Of a stretch of DNA of 64,000 bases, positions 1 through 10,278 are shown piece after piece. The notes under the pieces are model-generated. The model worked only from the letters and a program-made list of their open reading frames with translations. It made no database searches and was not told where the DNA came from. The DNA lies in the IMG/VR virus record IMGVR_UViG_3300045146_000214, positions 17,447-81,446 of that record, one strand, 5' to 3'. The stretch is from a virus. A program made the position numbers and the translations under genes. The first letter of the stretch is position 1. Each line of letters begins with the position of its first letter.

Positions 1-511
1 TTTCGTTGGCATAGCTCATTGGGTCAAGATACACCAACCCACCAGAACCAACTGCCCGTAGCGACTCGGCCTCTTGCAGTCTTTTGATAACTGTTGAAAA
101 GTTACCAGTGTTAATATCAGAAATTGACTTGCGCAGCGCATCCGTCATTCGATTGTTAATTACAAATTTTTTGGCCTGTTCAAAAACGTATTCAGCTTCA
201 TTCTTATCCTCAATAAAACTGACAATATCCTGTTCAATTTGTAACAAACAATTAATCGCTTTAACTTTTACATCACCAGTTTCATGTTTTTGAACGTGGT
301 CTTTCAGCATCGTCAGCGTTGGAACTTCCGTAAGTGTTTCGTGCAAGGCCGCAATCGCCGCAAATATTGCCTTATTTTCTTCAACATCAAAAAAGCATTT
401 ATTGATATATGGTATAAGACTTTTAAGTTGCTTATCTCCGCGCAATATTGAGCGTAGCAATATTAGCTCAAAATGCGGTTCTAAAAAAATAGTTTGTGTT
501 TCATTTACCAT
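1..511 (-). CDS. Replicative DNA helicase (T4 gp41/DnaB-like), N-terminal part; runs off the window edge
   Basis: Manually translated open frame from ATG at 511 (MVNETQTIFLEPHFELILLRSIL...LIPYINNAFFD...EVPTLTML...AKKFVINNRMTDALRKS); resembles the helical N-terminal domain of gp41-like helicases and sits in the replication module; catalytic motifs are outside the window. Confidence 0.6.
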   Translation of the reverse strand, partial: MVNETQTIFLEPHFELILLRSILRGDKQLKSLIPYINKCFFDVEENKAIFAAIAALHETLTEVPTLTMLKDHVQKHETGDVKVKAINCLLQIEQDIVSFIEDKNEAEYVFEQAKKFVINNRMTDALRKSISDINTGNFSTVIKRLQEAESLRAVGSGGLVYLDPMSYANE

Positions 512-968
512 GACTATTAAACCTCTTGATTGGTTTTATATTTGTGTTTTGATGATAATAGCCCTTATGATTAGTTGACAAATTAGTCAAATAGTTCTTG
601 CTGTTAATATCCGTCAAACCATGATATACATACTTTGTAAAGCTGTGACTCTTTACAAGATCGCGTATCTTATTATACAATATCATGTAACAAAAAGCAA
701 AACATACACGTTTTTTATTGCCATTGTAGTGCTTGAGTTTGTTAAACATATGTGTAATACATGTTATTTGTATGTCAAGCCAATCCTCATTGTTCAAGTT
801 TTTATACCCTCGCACCGAAACATATGCTCGAATTATCTTGCTTATCTCCCAAAACGCACAAAACAATTTTTCTTCATTTGGTTTTGACTTATCTTTTCTA
901 TAGTTTATTATCAATTCATGCAGTAATTGAGACGTTACTTGATTTTTTAAATTATAAGGTAATACCAT
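501..968 (-). CDS. T4 gp55-like late-transcription sigma factor
   Basis: 155 aa; KLFCAFWEISK...DWLDIQITCITHMFNKLKHYNGNKKRVCFAFCYMILYNKIRDLVK parallels the gp55 region-2 pattern (..FD..K..NPFAYFTQI..NAF..). Confidence 0.6.
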   Translation of the reverse strand: MVLPYNLKNQVTSQLLHELIINYRKDKSKPNEEKLFCAFWEISKIIRAYVSVRGYKNLNNEDWLDIQITCITHMFNKLKHYNGNKKRVCFAFCYMILYNKIRDLVKSHSFTKYVYHGLTDINSKNYLTNLSTNHKGYYHQNTNIKPIKRFNSHGK

Positions 969-970
969 TA

Positions 971-1477
971 TTAACCCTCCTCATTAACAATACATAAATT
1001 TTCTAAAAGGCCAAAATCTATTTCTTCAAATCCATTAATGGTGAAGCGACCACAAAATATTCCTTTATGTAACTCGACCACTCGATTGTTTGCTAATTTT
1101 CCACTTCTGAGACTTCTCGTAAAATACATTATAGGTCGCTGATTTGATTTAACAATAAGCAGCCAATCTTCTTTACCTTCCTTGTCAAGTTTATCTATCC
1201 ATTTACGAATATCTGATTTAGCATTTTGCATATCATACATAATATTGAGATTCTTATAGCTCTTACACTCAATATTTGTATACCAGTTTTTTAATAGATT
1301 ATGATCATAGGTCACATCGCCGCGCTGACCGTCAACTGCTAAACTTTTCCCCTTATGAATTGTAGCATATGCTCCAGAATTGGCGGTGCGGAAAAACTCA
1401 ACACCAGTTCTTTCTGTTAAAAACTTTGCAACATATCGCTCAAATGTCTTTCCTTTATTGCATCCATTAACCCCCAT
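971..1477 (-). CDS. Holliday junction resolvase, Hjc-like PD-(D/E)XK nuclease
   Basis: KGKTFERYVAKFL, RTANSGA, GDV, IECKSYK motifs. Confidence 0.8.
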   Translation of the reverse strand: MGVNGCNKGKTFERYVAKFLTERTGVEFFRTANSGAYATIHKGKSLAVDGQRGDVTYDHNLLKNWYTNIECKSYKNLNIMYDMQNAKSDIRKWIDKLDKEGKEDWLLIVKSNQRPIMYFTRSLRSGKLANNRVVELHKGIFCGRFTINGFEEIDFGLLENLCIVNEEG

Positions 1478-1486
1478 GTTGCTTCC

Positions 1487-2338
1487 TTATATATGTTTTA
1501 AAATGTGTGCGACTACATCAACTGTCCACGCATTACCAATCAACTTAACAGCCCTGTGGTAACTAACAGATTTTGTATACTCTGCCGGAAGTGTTTGTAA
1601 CCGCTCCATTTCGCATTGTGTAAAATAACGCCACTTAACTTCTTTTGATGGAACTCTGCCAACACGCTTCTCGCTGGCAACATTATCTTTTGCGACTGTA
1701 GAAAGGCAATTGGTGTAATTATCATAGCGACTTTCTATGTATTGCACAATGGGAATACTCATGTTGTAATCATCTCGCTTTCCGTTTTTCAACCTTCTTC
1801 CGCGCATTGCTCCTGCATACCACCCATCATCACACACATCTTCCCAGTGTGTTTCTTTATCGGTTGGAAGTGTTATATCTGGTATGTTTGTCCAATACAG
1901 TCTTTTCCGATCTTGTGCGCTTACTAATTTACTATTAATGTAAATCGGCTCCACACCAATGAAGTTACTTATTACATTTTGCCATTCTTTCCTCATGCAA
2001 ACATTTTCAAGCAAAAAATACTTTGGCTTACATTCATTGATAAGACGGATGAACTCAAAGAACAAAGCACTACGATGGTCAGAAAAATTAAGCCCTTTGC
2101 CAGAGTATGAAAATCCCTGGCAAGGACTACCACCAATCAACAAATCTATTTTAGGCAATGCTTTCGCAGAAAGTTTTTGAATACTCCCTACTTGTAGTGT
2201 ATTAGGAAAGTGTAACTGTGTTATCGTAATAGCATCTTTATTGATTTCAGAAGCGTAATAATCTTTAACTTTTATTTTTGCTCTTTGTAATGCTATTTGA
2301 CCACACGATATACCGTCAAAGCAGGAGAGAACGTTCAT
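1487..2338 (-). CDS. DNA (cytosine-5)-methyltransferase
   Basis: Motif I FDGISCG, catalytic GGSPCQGFS, LLENV, QDRKRLYW, C-terminal IGNAWTVDVVAHIL; ATG at 2338 follows GAGGA. Confidence 0.93.
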   Translation of the reverse strand: MNVLSCFDGISCGQIALQRAKIKVKDYYASEINKDAITITQLHFPNTLQVGSIQKLSAKALPKIDLLIGGSPCQGFSYSGKGLNFSDHRSALFFEFIRLINECKPKYFLLENVCMRKEWQNVISNFIGVEPIYINSKLVSAQDRKRLYWTNIPDITLPTDKETHWEDVCDDGWYAGAMRGRRLKNGKRDDYNMSIPIVQYIESRYDNYTNCLSTVAKDNVASEKRVGRVPSKEVKWRYFTQCEMERLQTLPAEYTKSVSYHRAVKLIGNAWTVDVVAHILKHI

Positions 2339-2741
2339 TTTTATCCTCAAATTTTCTTTTTGTAAAGAACTTTTCTTTTTCCAAACTACGCACTCTATGT
2401 AGCCTGTAAACGATTTTATAGTCTACGGTGTTTTTGGATTTCTCCAACTCCAACACCAGCGGTAAAATATTTGTTGTTGCGTAAATCTCATTAACGATAT
2501 AGATTGCCGCAATGCTCAATGCGGGAGGGCAAACCATAACAAATTCATATTCGAGAAGCTGGTCTCTAACTTCGTCTATCACATTCACAATCTGTTGATA
2601 ACAATTCGACTTCAAATTTAAAGCAATTTGTTTTCTAATAGTTGTAACCGGAACTCCTAACGTATGAGATATGTCGTTATTAACAGTCTCGTCAAAGATA
2701 AGTTCCGAAAAATTAAGAAACAATACTTCTCGCTTTTTCAT
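2316..2741 (-). CDS. Hypothetical protein
   Basis: 141-aa ORF tightly packed in the operon, AGGA upstream. Confidence 0.6.
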   Translation of the reverse strand: MKKREVLFLNFSELIFDETVNNDISHTLGVPVTTIRKQIALNLKSNCYQQIVNVIDEVRDQLLEYEFVMVCPPALSIAAIYIVNEIYATTNILPLVLELEKSKNTVDYKIVYRLHRVRSLEKEKFFTKRKFEDKNERSLLL

Positions 2742-2749
2742 GTCTTTCC

Positions 2750-3019
2750 TTATTCTTCTTCTTCACGCCCTTCATCATCACCATCCATCTTCTTCAACTT
2801 CTTATAATATTTTGAATCTTCTCTCAAGTGATCTAGTGCAATACCCGCGACTATATCCATATCATTATTAACCGTTTCTGCATGTTCCTTTTCAACAAAA
2901 AATCCTTCTTGCATATCTTCACGCGAAAAATCTTCTTCTTCAAAGTCAACACCTAACTTATCAATAGCGTCGTCGGCTTCCTTGCACTCTTGTAAAAGCT
3001 GTTTAATAGTCATCTTCAT
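2750..3019 (-). CDS. DUF5661-like small acidic protein
   Basis: G..VEKEH......DIVAGIALDHLREDSKYYKKLKKM signature; ATGA overlap with gp46 stop. Confidence 0.7.
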   Translation of the reverse strand: MKMTIKQLLQECKEADDAIDKLGVDFEEEDFSREDMQEGFFVEKEHAETVNNDMDIVAGIALDHLREDSKYYKKLKKMDGDDEGREEEE

Positions 3020-4761
3020 ACTGTTTCTCCATTATGGGTTATTTTATCGCCTTTAATTACAGACACACCATTTTGTTTGACAATCGTTAATACATTTTCT
3101 TCATCCAGAAAGTTTTTCGACTCTGAATTGTGACTCACTAAAAATACCGTGCTCATATCTCTACATTTTGTTTTCAGCAAGTCAATAACTGCCTCAATAC
3201 CCACAGGGTCTAATTTATCAAGCAATTCATCAAGAAACAATATGTTGCAACTATGCTGTGCCGACATAATCTGCATAAGACTAATTGCTATAGCCACATC
3301 CACACGCCTACGCTCACCTTGGCTCATGGTGCTATAATTGCCAATCTTATCGGTTATGTCCTCATCAAACTCAAATGGCAAATACTCTTTCGGTGACAAA
3401 TACTGTAAAAACGTATCAATGTTTCTGTTGAGTAAATTGATGACGTTTCTTAAAAATATGTTACGAATACCGTCATAACCAAATAGCTTTTCACAAATTG
3501 ACAGCTTCTCAAGATCATTCTTCATTTCCTTGGTCGCATTATCAAGGTCATTAATTTCATTTGCCAGAGACGTTAATTCGGAAATTGAATTCTCTAAAGC
3601 AACAGAATATGGGTTCTGTCCCAATTCTAAGGACCTAATTTTCTCTTTGCATACATCCTTTTTGTGTAGAATGTCTACTATTGACATTCTATCTAGCATA
3701 GTGTACACTATGTTTGTCTTTTTGTCAATTTGTTCATCAAGTTTTTTGATAACACTAATTGCCGCATTTATCTTTTCGTTGTTTTCCTGTATTTCTTGTT
3801 CCTTAACATGAGTGGACTCGTCAATGCTTTTCTTATAGTGAGCATAATCACTAATAGATTGTTTACATGTCGGACATATTTCCGGTAGCTGCTTTTTCTT
3901 TTCTGCAACAATCACTCCATACAACTTCTTGTTGATCTCTTTAAATGATTTGACGTCGTAGTTCTTTGCGTTCTTTTCTTGTTTGATTTTCTCCACTTCC
4001 TCCAATATTGCCTTAGCTTCAACAATATTATACTTATCCAGTTCAGCAATATCCTTTCTATAGTTCTCCAGCACTGCATCTTTTGTTTCATTCCAATTAT
4101 TAAAGTTACCCTCCAATGCGGATTTCTTTATCACCAACTTATTATGCTGCTCTTTCTTGTTTTCGAATGTAGACGTTTTAATTACAAACGCTTGTTCTTG
4201 TTGTTTGAGCAACATTCGCGTTCTATTAAGGTAATCATCAAAATCTGTCAACTTAAACATCTTTTCGATAAACTCTCTTCTTTGAGACCTTGACTTATTC
4301 ATAAACGAAGCAACCGTATCGCCGGATAAAACGTAACTGTTCTTGAATACCTCAAAAGGCATACCGATATGTGACTCAATTAACTGTTGTGTATCACTGG
4401 ATGTTCCTTTGGTTATTTCTTCTCCATCAATCCACATGCGTAAAAAGTCAGGCTTTCTGCCACGGCTAACGATACAGTTGTCAAAATAAACCGTTACACA
4501 ACAATATTTCTTTTCATCTCTATTGATAACATTATCTTTGCGGTCTGGTGAACGATCCAAATTACCATATAACGCCCACAACACAGAAGATATTAAAGCA
4601 CTTTTCCCACTACCATTGCTGCTTTTTGTATCGCCGTTGTCGGTCGCATCAATTGTGTCATTGTTATAGCCGACAATAAGGCACAAGCCCCTATCAGACA
4701 ATTTGAAATGTGCCTTTTTAAACGAAAGGAAATTAGTAATCTCTACTTTATGTATGTTCAT
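3016..4761 (-). CDS. gp46/SbcC/Rad50-like recombination ATPase
   Basis: ITNFLSF, Walker A NGSGKSAL, zinc hook CPTC within a coiled coil, signature MSQGERRR, Walker B LFLDE, H-loop VSH. Confidence 0.93.
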   Translation of the reverse strand: MNIHKVEITNFLSFKKAHFKLSDRGLCLIVGYNNDTIDATDNGDTKSSNGSGKSALISSVLWALYGNLDRSPDRKDNVINRDEKKYCCVTVYFDNCIVSRGRKPDFLRMWIDGEEITKGTSSDTQQLIESHIGMPFEVFKNSYVLSGDTVASFMNKSRSQRREFIEKMFKLTDFDDYLNRTRMLLKQQEQAFVIKTSTFENKKEQHNKLVIKKSALEGNFNNWNETKDAVLENYRKDIAELDKYNIVEAKAILEEVEKIKQEKNAKNYDVKSFKEINKKLYGVIVAEKKKQLPEICPTCKQSISDYAHYKKSIDESTHVKEQEIQENNEKINAAISVIKKLDEQIDKKTNIVYTMLDRMSIVDILHKKDVCKEKIRSLELGQNPYSVALENSISELTSLANEINDLDNATKEMKNDLEKLSICEKLFGYDGIRNIFLRNVINLLNRNIDTFLQYLSPKEYLPFEFDEDITDKIGNYSTMSQGERRRVDVAIAISLMQIMSAQHSCNILFLDELLDKLDPVGIEAVIDLLKTKCRDMSTVFLVSHNSESKNFLDEENVLTIVKQNGVSVIKGDKITHNGETV

Positions 4762-5858
4762 GTGTCACTTTTCCCACTAATTATATTCAATGCTGTTTGA
4801 AGAACCGCATCAATCTTATCGTTGGATATGTTGCTTGATTTGAGCCATGACATAATAACTTCTTCAATATTGTTCGTCAACGACTCCTGTGATGCAATTG
4901 GTGTTTCTTTGACCTCTAAATCATCAGAAGAACCAGTAAACGCAGAACAGCATTCAATCTTTAGCTGTTTTGGTTTAAACCTTTCTTCAAATAACTTTTT
5001 TAGTGTGATTAGCCACTCAGAACCCAAGTATTCGTTAATTTCAATTTTAACAATATTGTCGTTAAAGTTTTTCATTATGTTAAGCTCTTCCTTGCTCAAC
5101 AAATCAATTTTATCTATTCGATGAACAATAAACTGACGGCAACATAATGGAATAAACTTACTCTCATGTGTTTCAGTGTCAAACACTACAAATCCATGCT
5201 CAATGTTTCTATCACCAAATGTTAATTGTAATGGTGAACCGATATAGCTTACGTTTGATTTTGTTTGATGTGAATGAAGGTGGCCAAGAAATACTTTATC
5301 AAATATCTTAAAATCACTTATGGATAATCGTGATTTACTTTCCTGCCCACTCTCTAAAGAAAACCCTCCAATATCAAGGTGTGAACAAAGAACATTGAAG
5401 GAATTACTATAGTTATTAATAATCTCTTCTTGTATCTTATTGAGAATGTTTAGTGTCTTATCATATTCTTCAATACAATGCAAAAACCAAAACGTGCATC
5501 CACCCAATTGCACACAACCATAATCTTTGTCATAAAACGTTTCCATTAATGACGAAAGATGACGGATATTATTCAGCCCTTGAATGAATATCTTAAATGG
5601 TGCATCATGGTTTCCTGCAACTGCATAAATCTTTTTGGTCTTGGAGATTTTTTCAAACAACTGATAGCTTTTATAGAGAGAGATTGAGGGGACATTATCA
5701 CGTAAATGAAAAATATCTCCTAGAATTGCAAGAACAGAAATGCCATTGCATGAACAATAATCATTGACTTGTTCTACGGCATTTAAACAATCATCCAATC
5801 TAAAAGAATTTGAACCATGTGGATGTATATGTAAATCAGCAATAAGCGCAATTTTCAT
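4758..5858 (-). CDS. gp47/SbcD/Mre11-like metallophosphoesterase nuclease
   Basis: ADLHI, LGDIFH, AGNHD, GHLH, YIGSPLQLTFGD motifs; adjacent to gp46; probable start MKIALIAD. Confidence 0.92.
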   Translation of the reverse strand: MKIALIADLHIHPHGSNSFRLDDCLNAVEQVNDYCSCNGISVLAILGDIFHLRDNVPSISLYKSYQLFEKISKTKKIYAVAGNHDAPFKIFIQGLNNIRHLSSLMETFYDKDYGCVQLGGCTFWFLHCIEEYDKTLNILNKIQEEIINNYSNSFNVLCSHLDIGGFSLESGQESKSRLSISDFKIFDKVFLGHLHSHQTKSNVSYIGSPLQLTFGDRNIEHGFVVFDTETHESKFIPLCCRQFIVHRIDKIDLLSKEELNIMKNFNDNIVKIEINEYLGSEWLITLKKLFEERFKPKQLKIECCSAFTGSSDDLEVKETPIASQESLTNNIEEVIMSWLKSSNISNDKIDAVLQTALNIISGKSDT

Positions 5859-6177
5859 ATTGACCATTTTTGAGAATAGCTTGCACAGAAGAAATATCAA
5901 TGAAAAAGTATATTTCTCCGTCAACCAGTATTTCGCAACCACTAAACTTTTCTATGAGCAATCTATCTCCTTTGTTAATAGTGGCCATCGCTCGTTTTTC
6001 TTCATCACTTTTGCCATCACCCTTGTCAATAACAACAGCCATTCTTAAAGTCGGGTCATCTCGCTGCGGAATATGAATGCCGCCAATTTGCTCCGTCATA
6101 ATCTTTTTTACAAGGATAAGATTGCTCTTTTTAATAACCTTAATTTTATCTAACGTAGTTGATACTGAGCTTTTCAT
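5836..6177 (-). CDS. groES: Co-chaperonin GroES (cpn10)
   Basis: ILVKK...GGIHIP mobile loop...AVVIDKGDG...INKGDRLLIEKFSGCEILVDGEIYFFIDISSVQAIL. Confidence 0.85.
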   Translation of the reverse strand: MKSSVSTTLDKIKVIKKSNLILVKKIMTEQIGGIHIPQRDDPTLRMAVVIDKGDGKSDEEKRAMATINKGDRLLIEKFSGCEILVDGEIYFFIDISSVQAILKNGQYENCAYC

Positions 6178-6179
6178 CT

Positions 6180-6611
6180 TTAACCATTCGTGTTTGGTGT
6201 TATTAACTCTTCGGGAACAATTGCCTCTTCAACAGTGTTTGTATCAGAAAATTGGATGATTACATCTTCATATGCGACTACATCTTCATATGCGACTACA
6301 TCTTCATATGTGTCGGTAACTGGGTCAATATAACCCAAATTTAAATCCCAATCAATAAACACAGTAAAGTTAGTGTATGCAGAACCATCAGAGTAATGAC
6401 TTACCGTAGGACAACGTGTATATAAAGCCCATGTCCCCTTAATCACAGTGTTGCTTACTAACTCTGGACTTTTTGCCAAATCTCTACGTGCAACAAGTGG
6501 AGCATTATCTGTTTTAAACACAGCGTAATCTTCTGCAAATATTTTATTATTAACAGCAAAAACAGTGGCATATAAAACAAACATACCAATAAAAAATAGC
6601 ATCTTTTTCAT
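6180..6611 (-). CDS. Hypothetical exported protein (signal peptide)
   Basis: MKKMLFFIGMFVLYATVFA N-terminus (charged n-region, hydrophobic h-region, VFA cleavage-like site). Confidence 0.6.
   Translation of the reverse strand: MKKMLFFIGMFVLYATVFAVNNKIFAEDYAVFKTDNAPLVARRDLAKSPELVSNTVIKGTWALYTRCPTVSHYSDGSAYTNFTVFIDWDLNLGYIDPVTDTYEDVVAYEDVVAYEDVIIQFSDTNTVEEAIVPEELITPNTNG
6261..6310. repeat. 18-bp tandem repeat (~2.8 copies) encoding YEDVVA
   Basis: tacatcttcatatgcgac x2 plus tacatcttcatatg. Confidence 0.9.
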
Positions 6612-6934
6612 TTTTTCTCCTTTTTGTTCATTTGATCTTCTATTCTCTCTATATCGGCAATCAATTCATCATCAAAGATTTGCTTACTACCACAATATTG
6701 ATAAAGACAATACGATAAAAACCCTATTGTAATTTTCTTTTTTATCTTATCCTTATCAATAAAGTCCTCTAAACATTCCTTAAGTCTTTTAACGTTAGTC
6801 AGTTTTAACTTCTTGATTTTTGAGGGACATGAAGTTGTTAAAATCTCTATGCGATTGTCAATTTCTGGGAAATTGATCATCATTGTTCCAATCGCACCAA
6901 CAACAACCTCGCGTTCTTCTGTTGTATAGTTCAT
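6608..6934 (-). CDS. Hypothetical protein
   Basis: 108-aa ORF with AGGAG RBS and ATGA coupling to the next gene. Confidence 0.65.
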   Translation of the reverse strand: MNYTTEEREVVVGAIGTMMINFPEIDNRIEILTTSCPSKIKKLKLTNVKRLKECLEDFIDKDKIKKKITIGFLSYCLYQYCGSKQIFDDELIADIERIEDQMNKKEKK

Positions 6935-6946
6935 GGTGCTATCTCC

Positions 6947-8116
6947 TTATTCTTCTTCACTAACCTCTTCAAGCTCATAAGAATTGTTAAATGTTTTAAT
7001 TTTATCCACCATATGCTTTAGCGAATCCCGAAACTCATCGGTATTGACTTTATCCTTATCGCCTCCAAGAATATGCTCTGCACCAGCAAAGGGCGTTTCT
7101 TTTTCTGCCAATTCCACAAAAACCTCAGAAACGTTTGATTTATTGAATTTAATATTGGTGTTATAAAAGTTACACCACGCTCCTGCTTGTTCAATAAAAC
7201 CTTCTTGCTTACCAATATTAATAAAGCCACTAAGAGGGTTAATTCCCTTGTCATACAATATGTCATATTCAACCTTGATGTCGGGAATGTAAATCTTATT
7301 CTTAATGACTTTAAGTTCGCCTTGAATTCCAATAGTTTTCTTTGTATCGGAATCTTGAATTTTTGCACGTGTTTTTGTCTGAACTCTCAATGAAGCATGG
7401 AATCTAAATGCAGATCCACCAGATGTAGTTGTTGAGTCGCCAAAAACTAGACCAATTTTCTGTCGTGTCTGATTGATACAGATAAGTGTAATTTTCTGCC
7501 GCGCAATTTGTCCGGTGAGTTTGCGAAGACCCTTTGAATTAAGTCTCGCTCGTTCAGCCATTTCCGCATCTGAAATATCGCCATTAAGCTCTTTTGCCGT
7601 TGGTGTTGCCGTTACCGAGTCCCATACCATAGTAACATATTTTTCCGGTATCTTTTCACGTATCATTTTAACGGCACCTTCAATTTGCATCCACACACTT
7701 TCCAATGTTTCTGGATGAACGCGCATAAGTTTGTCAATGTCGCCACCTTGTCGTGCAAAATATTCCTTCCAAAATGCGTATTCTGTATCAAAAAGAATAG
7801 GAATGCCACCACGCCGCTGTGTTTCAATAACCGACATGGTGCTTAACAGTGTCTTACCACTTGCCTCTGACCCAAATACTTCAGTTACACGGCCAACAGG
7901 AAATCCACCAGTAACCGGCTTTCCAGAAATAGCATAGTTAATGCCATAATTGCCCGTTGAGATAAACTCATCACATGAAAAATCATCGGCACTTAATACT
8001 GACAAATCCGAGTCTGGCCCCATTGCCTCTCGAAGACTGTTGGCAATGTCACTGATCATTTCACTGTTCATCGGTTTTTGTATTGTTTCTTCATCTATTC
8101 TTTTCTTTCTCGACAT
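6947..8116 (-). CDS. uvsX: UvsX/RecA-like recombinase
   Basis: GFPVGRVTEVFGSEASGKT (Walker A), FDTE, VWDSV, INQTR.KIG..FG...TTSGG.A..FHAS.R, KVIKNKI. Confidence 0.95.
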   Translation of the reverse strand: MSRKKRIDEETIQKPMNSEMISDIANSLREAMGPDSDLSVLSADDFSCDEFISTGNYGINYAISGKPVTGGFPVGRVTEVFGSEASGKTLLSTMSVIETQRRGGIPILFDTEYAFWKEYFARQGGDIDKLMRVHPETLESVWMQIEGAVKMIREKIPEKYVTMVWDSVTATPTAKELNGDISDAEMAERARLNSKGLRKLTGQIARQKITLICINQTRQKIGLVFGDSTTTSGGSAFRFHASLRVQTKTRAKIQDSDTKKTIGIQGELKVIKNKIYIPDIKVEYDILYDKGINPLSGFINIGKQEGFIEQAGAWCNFYNTNIKFNKSNVSEVFVELAEKETPFAGAEHILGGDKDKVNTDEFRDSLKHMVDKIKTFNNSYELEEVSEEE

Positions 8117-8136
8117 ATACTTAACTCCTTTTAGCT

Positions 8137-9288
8137 TTATAGTTTTTCGATTTTTTCACCTCTACCATATTTTTCGATAAGATTAACAAATTGTTGTTCG
8201 TCTTTACCTACCCAATTAAACAATCCTGATGTTTTTGTAATCGGCAAAAATCCATGAATATGAGTGTATAACTTACGAAATCCACGCAGTTGTTGTTTTG
8301 TCCACCCCCTACTAACATAGGTGTGTCTCTTCAACGAAGTTAATGGCTCATATTCTTGTGGAAATAAAAACACCGTCTTGCCAACCTTTAACACTGATTT
8401 TTCTACACACCGTAACTTTTGATATAGCTCTTGTGGTGTATCATTAAAGTTATACAGAAAATATGCAAAGTATTCTGCTCTAACTTTATGAGCTTTACAC
8501 CAAAGTAATGACCGTTCCAATTCTTCTATTTGCTTCCATTTATCAAGTGCAAAACGAATATACGTTGTTCCGTTTTTTGACTGTGATAAAAACGACACTT
8601 TAGCCAATGCCTGTATTTGCTCTTCTGTAATGATTAAATTATCCAAACCTTGTGAGAAATCAACGGGCAGATTATTTTCTCTAATCTCATCAACAATCTG
8701 AACAAAGTTTGGATGCGCAGTAAAGTTATTATCAAAAAGAACCAAGCCGTCAAAATTCCGTTGCTTTTTCGCCTCCTCTATAACGGTAGATATTGACGGC
8801 ATTGGTTTAAATGCGCCTTCGATTTTCGGCACACAACAAAAACCACATGTGTTTGGGCATCCTCTTGAGGCATACATTATAATTTTGTTGGTCGAAATGC
8901 CGTGTTCTTCCAAGGCGCGGTAATCTGGGATCACACTGTCTAAGTCATTATCAAGCCCAACGTGTGTTACAATATTATGATTGTCTTTAAAATACTGTGG
9001 CATTAATGACGCAAATATTCCTCCAACAACCCATCGTGCATGTGGAAACAGTTTTTGATAATGACTAATCCAATCGCTATACTTAGAAGCGTTATATGTA
9101 AAAAGAGTAGAAAGAAAGATAGTATCTGGAACAAACTCAATGTGCTTCGCCTTATCCGAATGAATTTGATATTGAATATTGTTGGTATTACAATATGTTA
9201 TCATCTTCATGGTCGCTAACGACGGGTGTTTTGTTTTGATGTCTTTCGGCACCAAAATAACTACCTTATCTTTCTTCTCTATGTTCAT
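8137..9288 (-). CDS. Radical SAM protein with N-terminal cobalamin-binding-like domain
   Basis: ASRGCPNTCGFC (CxxxCxxC), FDNNF, FSQGLD; N-terminal HPSLATMK...LSTLFT...VVGGIFASLMP as in class B radical SAM enzymes. Confidence 0.82.
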   Translation of the reverse strand: MNIEKKDKVVILVPKDIKTKHPSLATMKMITYCNTNNIQYQIHSDKAKHIEFVPDTIFLSTLFTYNASKYSDWISHYQKLFPHARWVVGGIFASLMPQYFKDNHNIVTHVGLDNDLDSVIPDYRALEEHGISTNKIIMYASRGCPNTCGFCCVPKIEGAFKPMPSISTVIEEAKKQRNFDGLVLFDNNFTAHPNFVQIVDEIRENNLPVDFSQGLDNLIITEEQIQALAKVSFLSQSKNGTTYIRFALDKWKQIEELERSLLWCKAHKVRAEYFAYFLYNFNDTPQELYQKLRCVEKSVLKVGKTVFLFPQEYEPLTSLKRHTYVSRGWTKQQLRGFRKLYTHIHGFLPITKTSGLFNWVGKDEQQFVNLIEKYGRGEKIEKL

Positions 9289-9306
9289 ACATCACCAACA
9301 ATGATG

Positions 9307-10278
9307 TTATTCACTATCTTCAAACTGCAATTGGTTTGTCAGAATAGCAAGACGGTCAGTGACGCTTGGCTCCTTTTTGTCTTGTGCCTTTTTTGGTGTA
9401 TTTGAAGGAATTTCAATTTCAAGTTCTTCAACAATCGGCTCGCTCTTTGCCTGTAGTTCCGGTTTGGTTGCCTCTGCGCCGACAACATCTGTAATGGAAC
9501 TCTTTGGCGTAAATGTTCGTGCGCTGGCCTTGTTGCCAACCTTAACCAAGTTCACCAATTCTTCTTGGCCGATTTCCTTCAAATACTCAATCAGCAATTG
9601 CTCTGTTTCTTCTTGAGAGTATACCTTTGGTTGATATTGACGCAAATCAAAACGCTTGGACAGAATTGCATCAATTTCATCCTGCGACTTTGCCAAAGGA
9701 CTTGCGGTAAAGTCAAACGAAGACTTACTATAATCTGGATATGGATCCTTACCGCCTGTTGATTCAACAATAACGTTATAGTCTCGCCCTGTTTGCGGAT
9801 TAGTAATATCCCAATCTTGATCTTTAGTCTTTAGACGTTGAATACCCGCAAGAATATTTTCCCTTACCTTCTTACCGACATTCCACACCTGAACGCCCTT
9901 GTCCTCTTGACCTCTTACAACAACGTTGAAGATGAACCGTGTGTAACGTTTGATGTCAGAAGCAAATGCGATGTTTTCCGCAACGTCACTATCGTAAAGT
10001 CTGCTGACAAAGTTGCACACTGGACAACGTTCATCGTTAATGATTTTTAGACACCCGACGTTCTTAACCTTCTCTCCAACAAGGCGATGGCGCGCTGTGA
10101 TTTCAAAGAACCAATCTGGATTTGTTGTAATGTCATCTCCACCAGGAAGAATTCGCACCATGAAATCCTGACCTGGCTTCGGCAAAAACAGATTTTGCTG
10201 TGTAGCGAATTTTGTCTTACCGCTATCACGGTTGTAAATCTTGATAACTGACTCATAATCGAACGATGGCTTACTCAT
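9307..10278 (-). CDS. Single-stranded DNA-binding protein (T4 gp32-like)
   Basis: VRILP, H...C...CPVC zinc motif, RFIFNVVVR, GRDY, YPDYSKSSF, acidic tail; ATG 10278 after AAGGAG. Confidence 0.88.
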   Translation of the reverse strand: MSKPSFDYESVIKIYNRDSGKTKFATQQNLFLPKPGQDFMVRILPGGDDITTNPDWFFEITARHRLVGEKVKNVGCLKIINDERCPVCNFVSRLYDSDVAENIAFASDIKRYTRFIFNVVVRGQEDKGVQVWNVGKKVRENILAGIQRLKTKDQDWDITNPQTGRDYNVIVESTGGKDPYPDYSKSSFDFTASPLAKSQDEIDAILSKRFDLRQYQPKVYSQEETEQLLIEYLKEIGQEELVNLVKVGNKASARTFTPKSSITDVVGAEATKPELQAKSEPIVEELEIEIPSNTPKKAQDKKEPSVTDRLAILTNQLQFEDSE

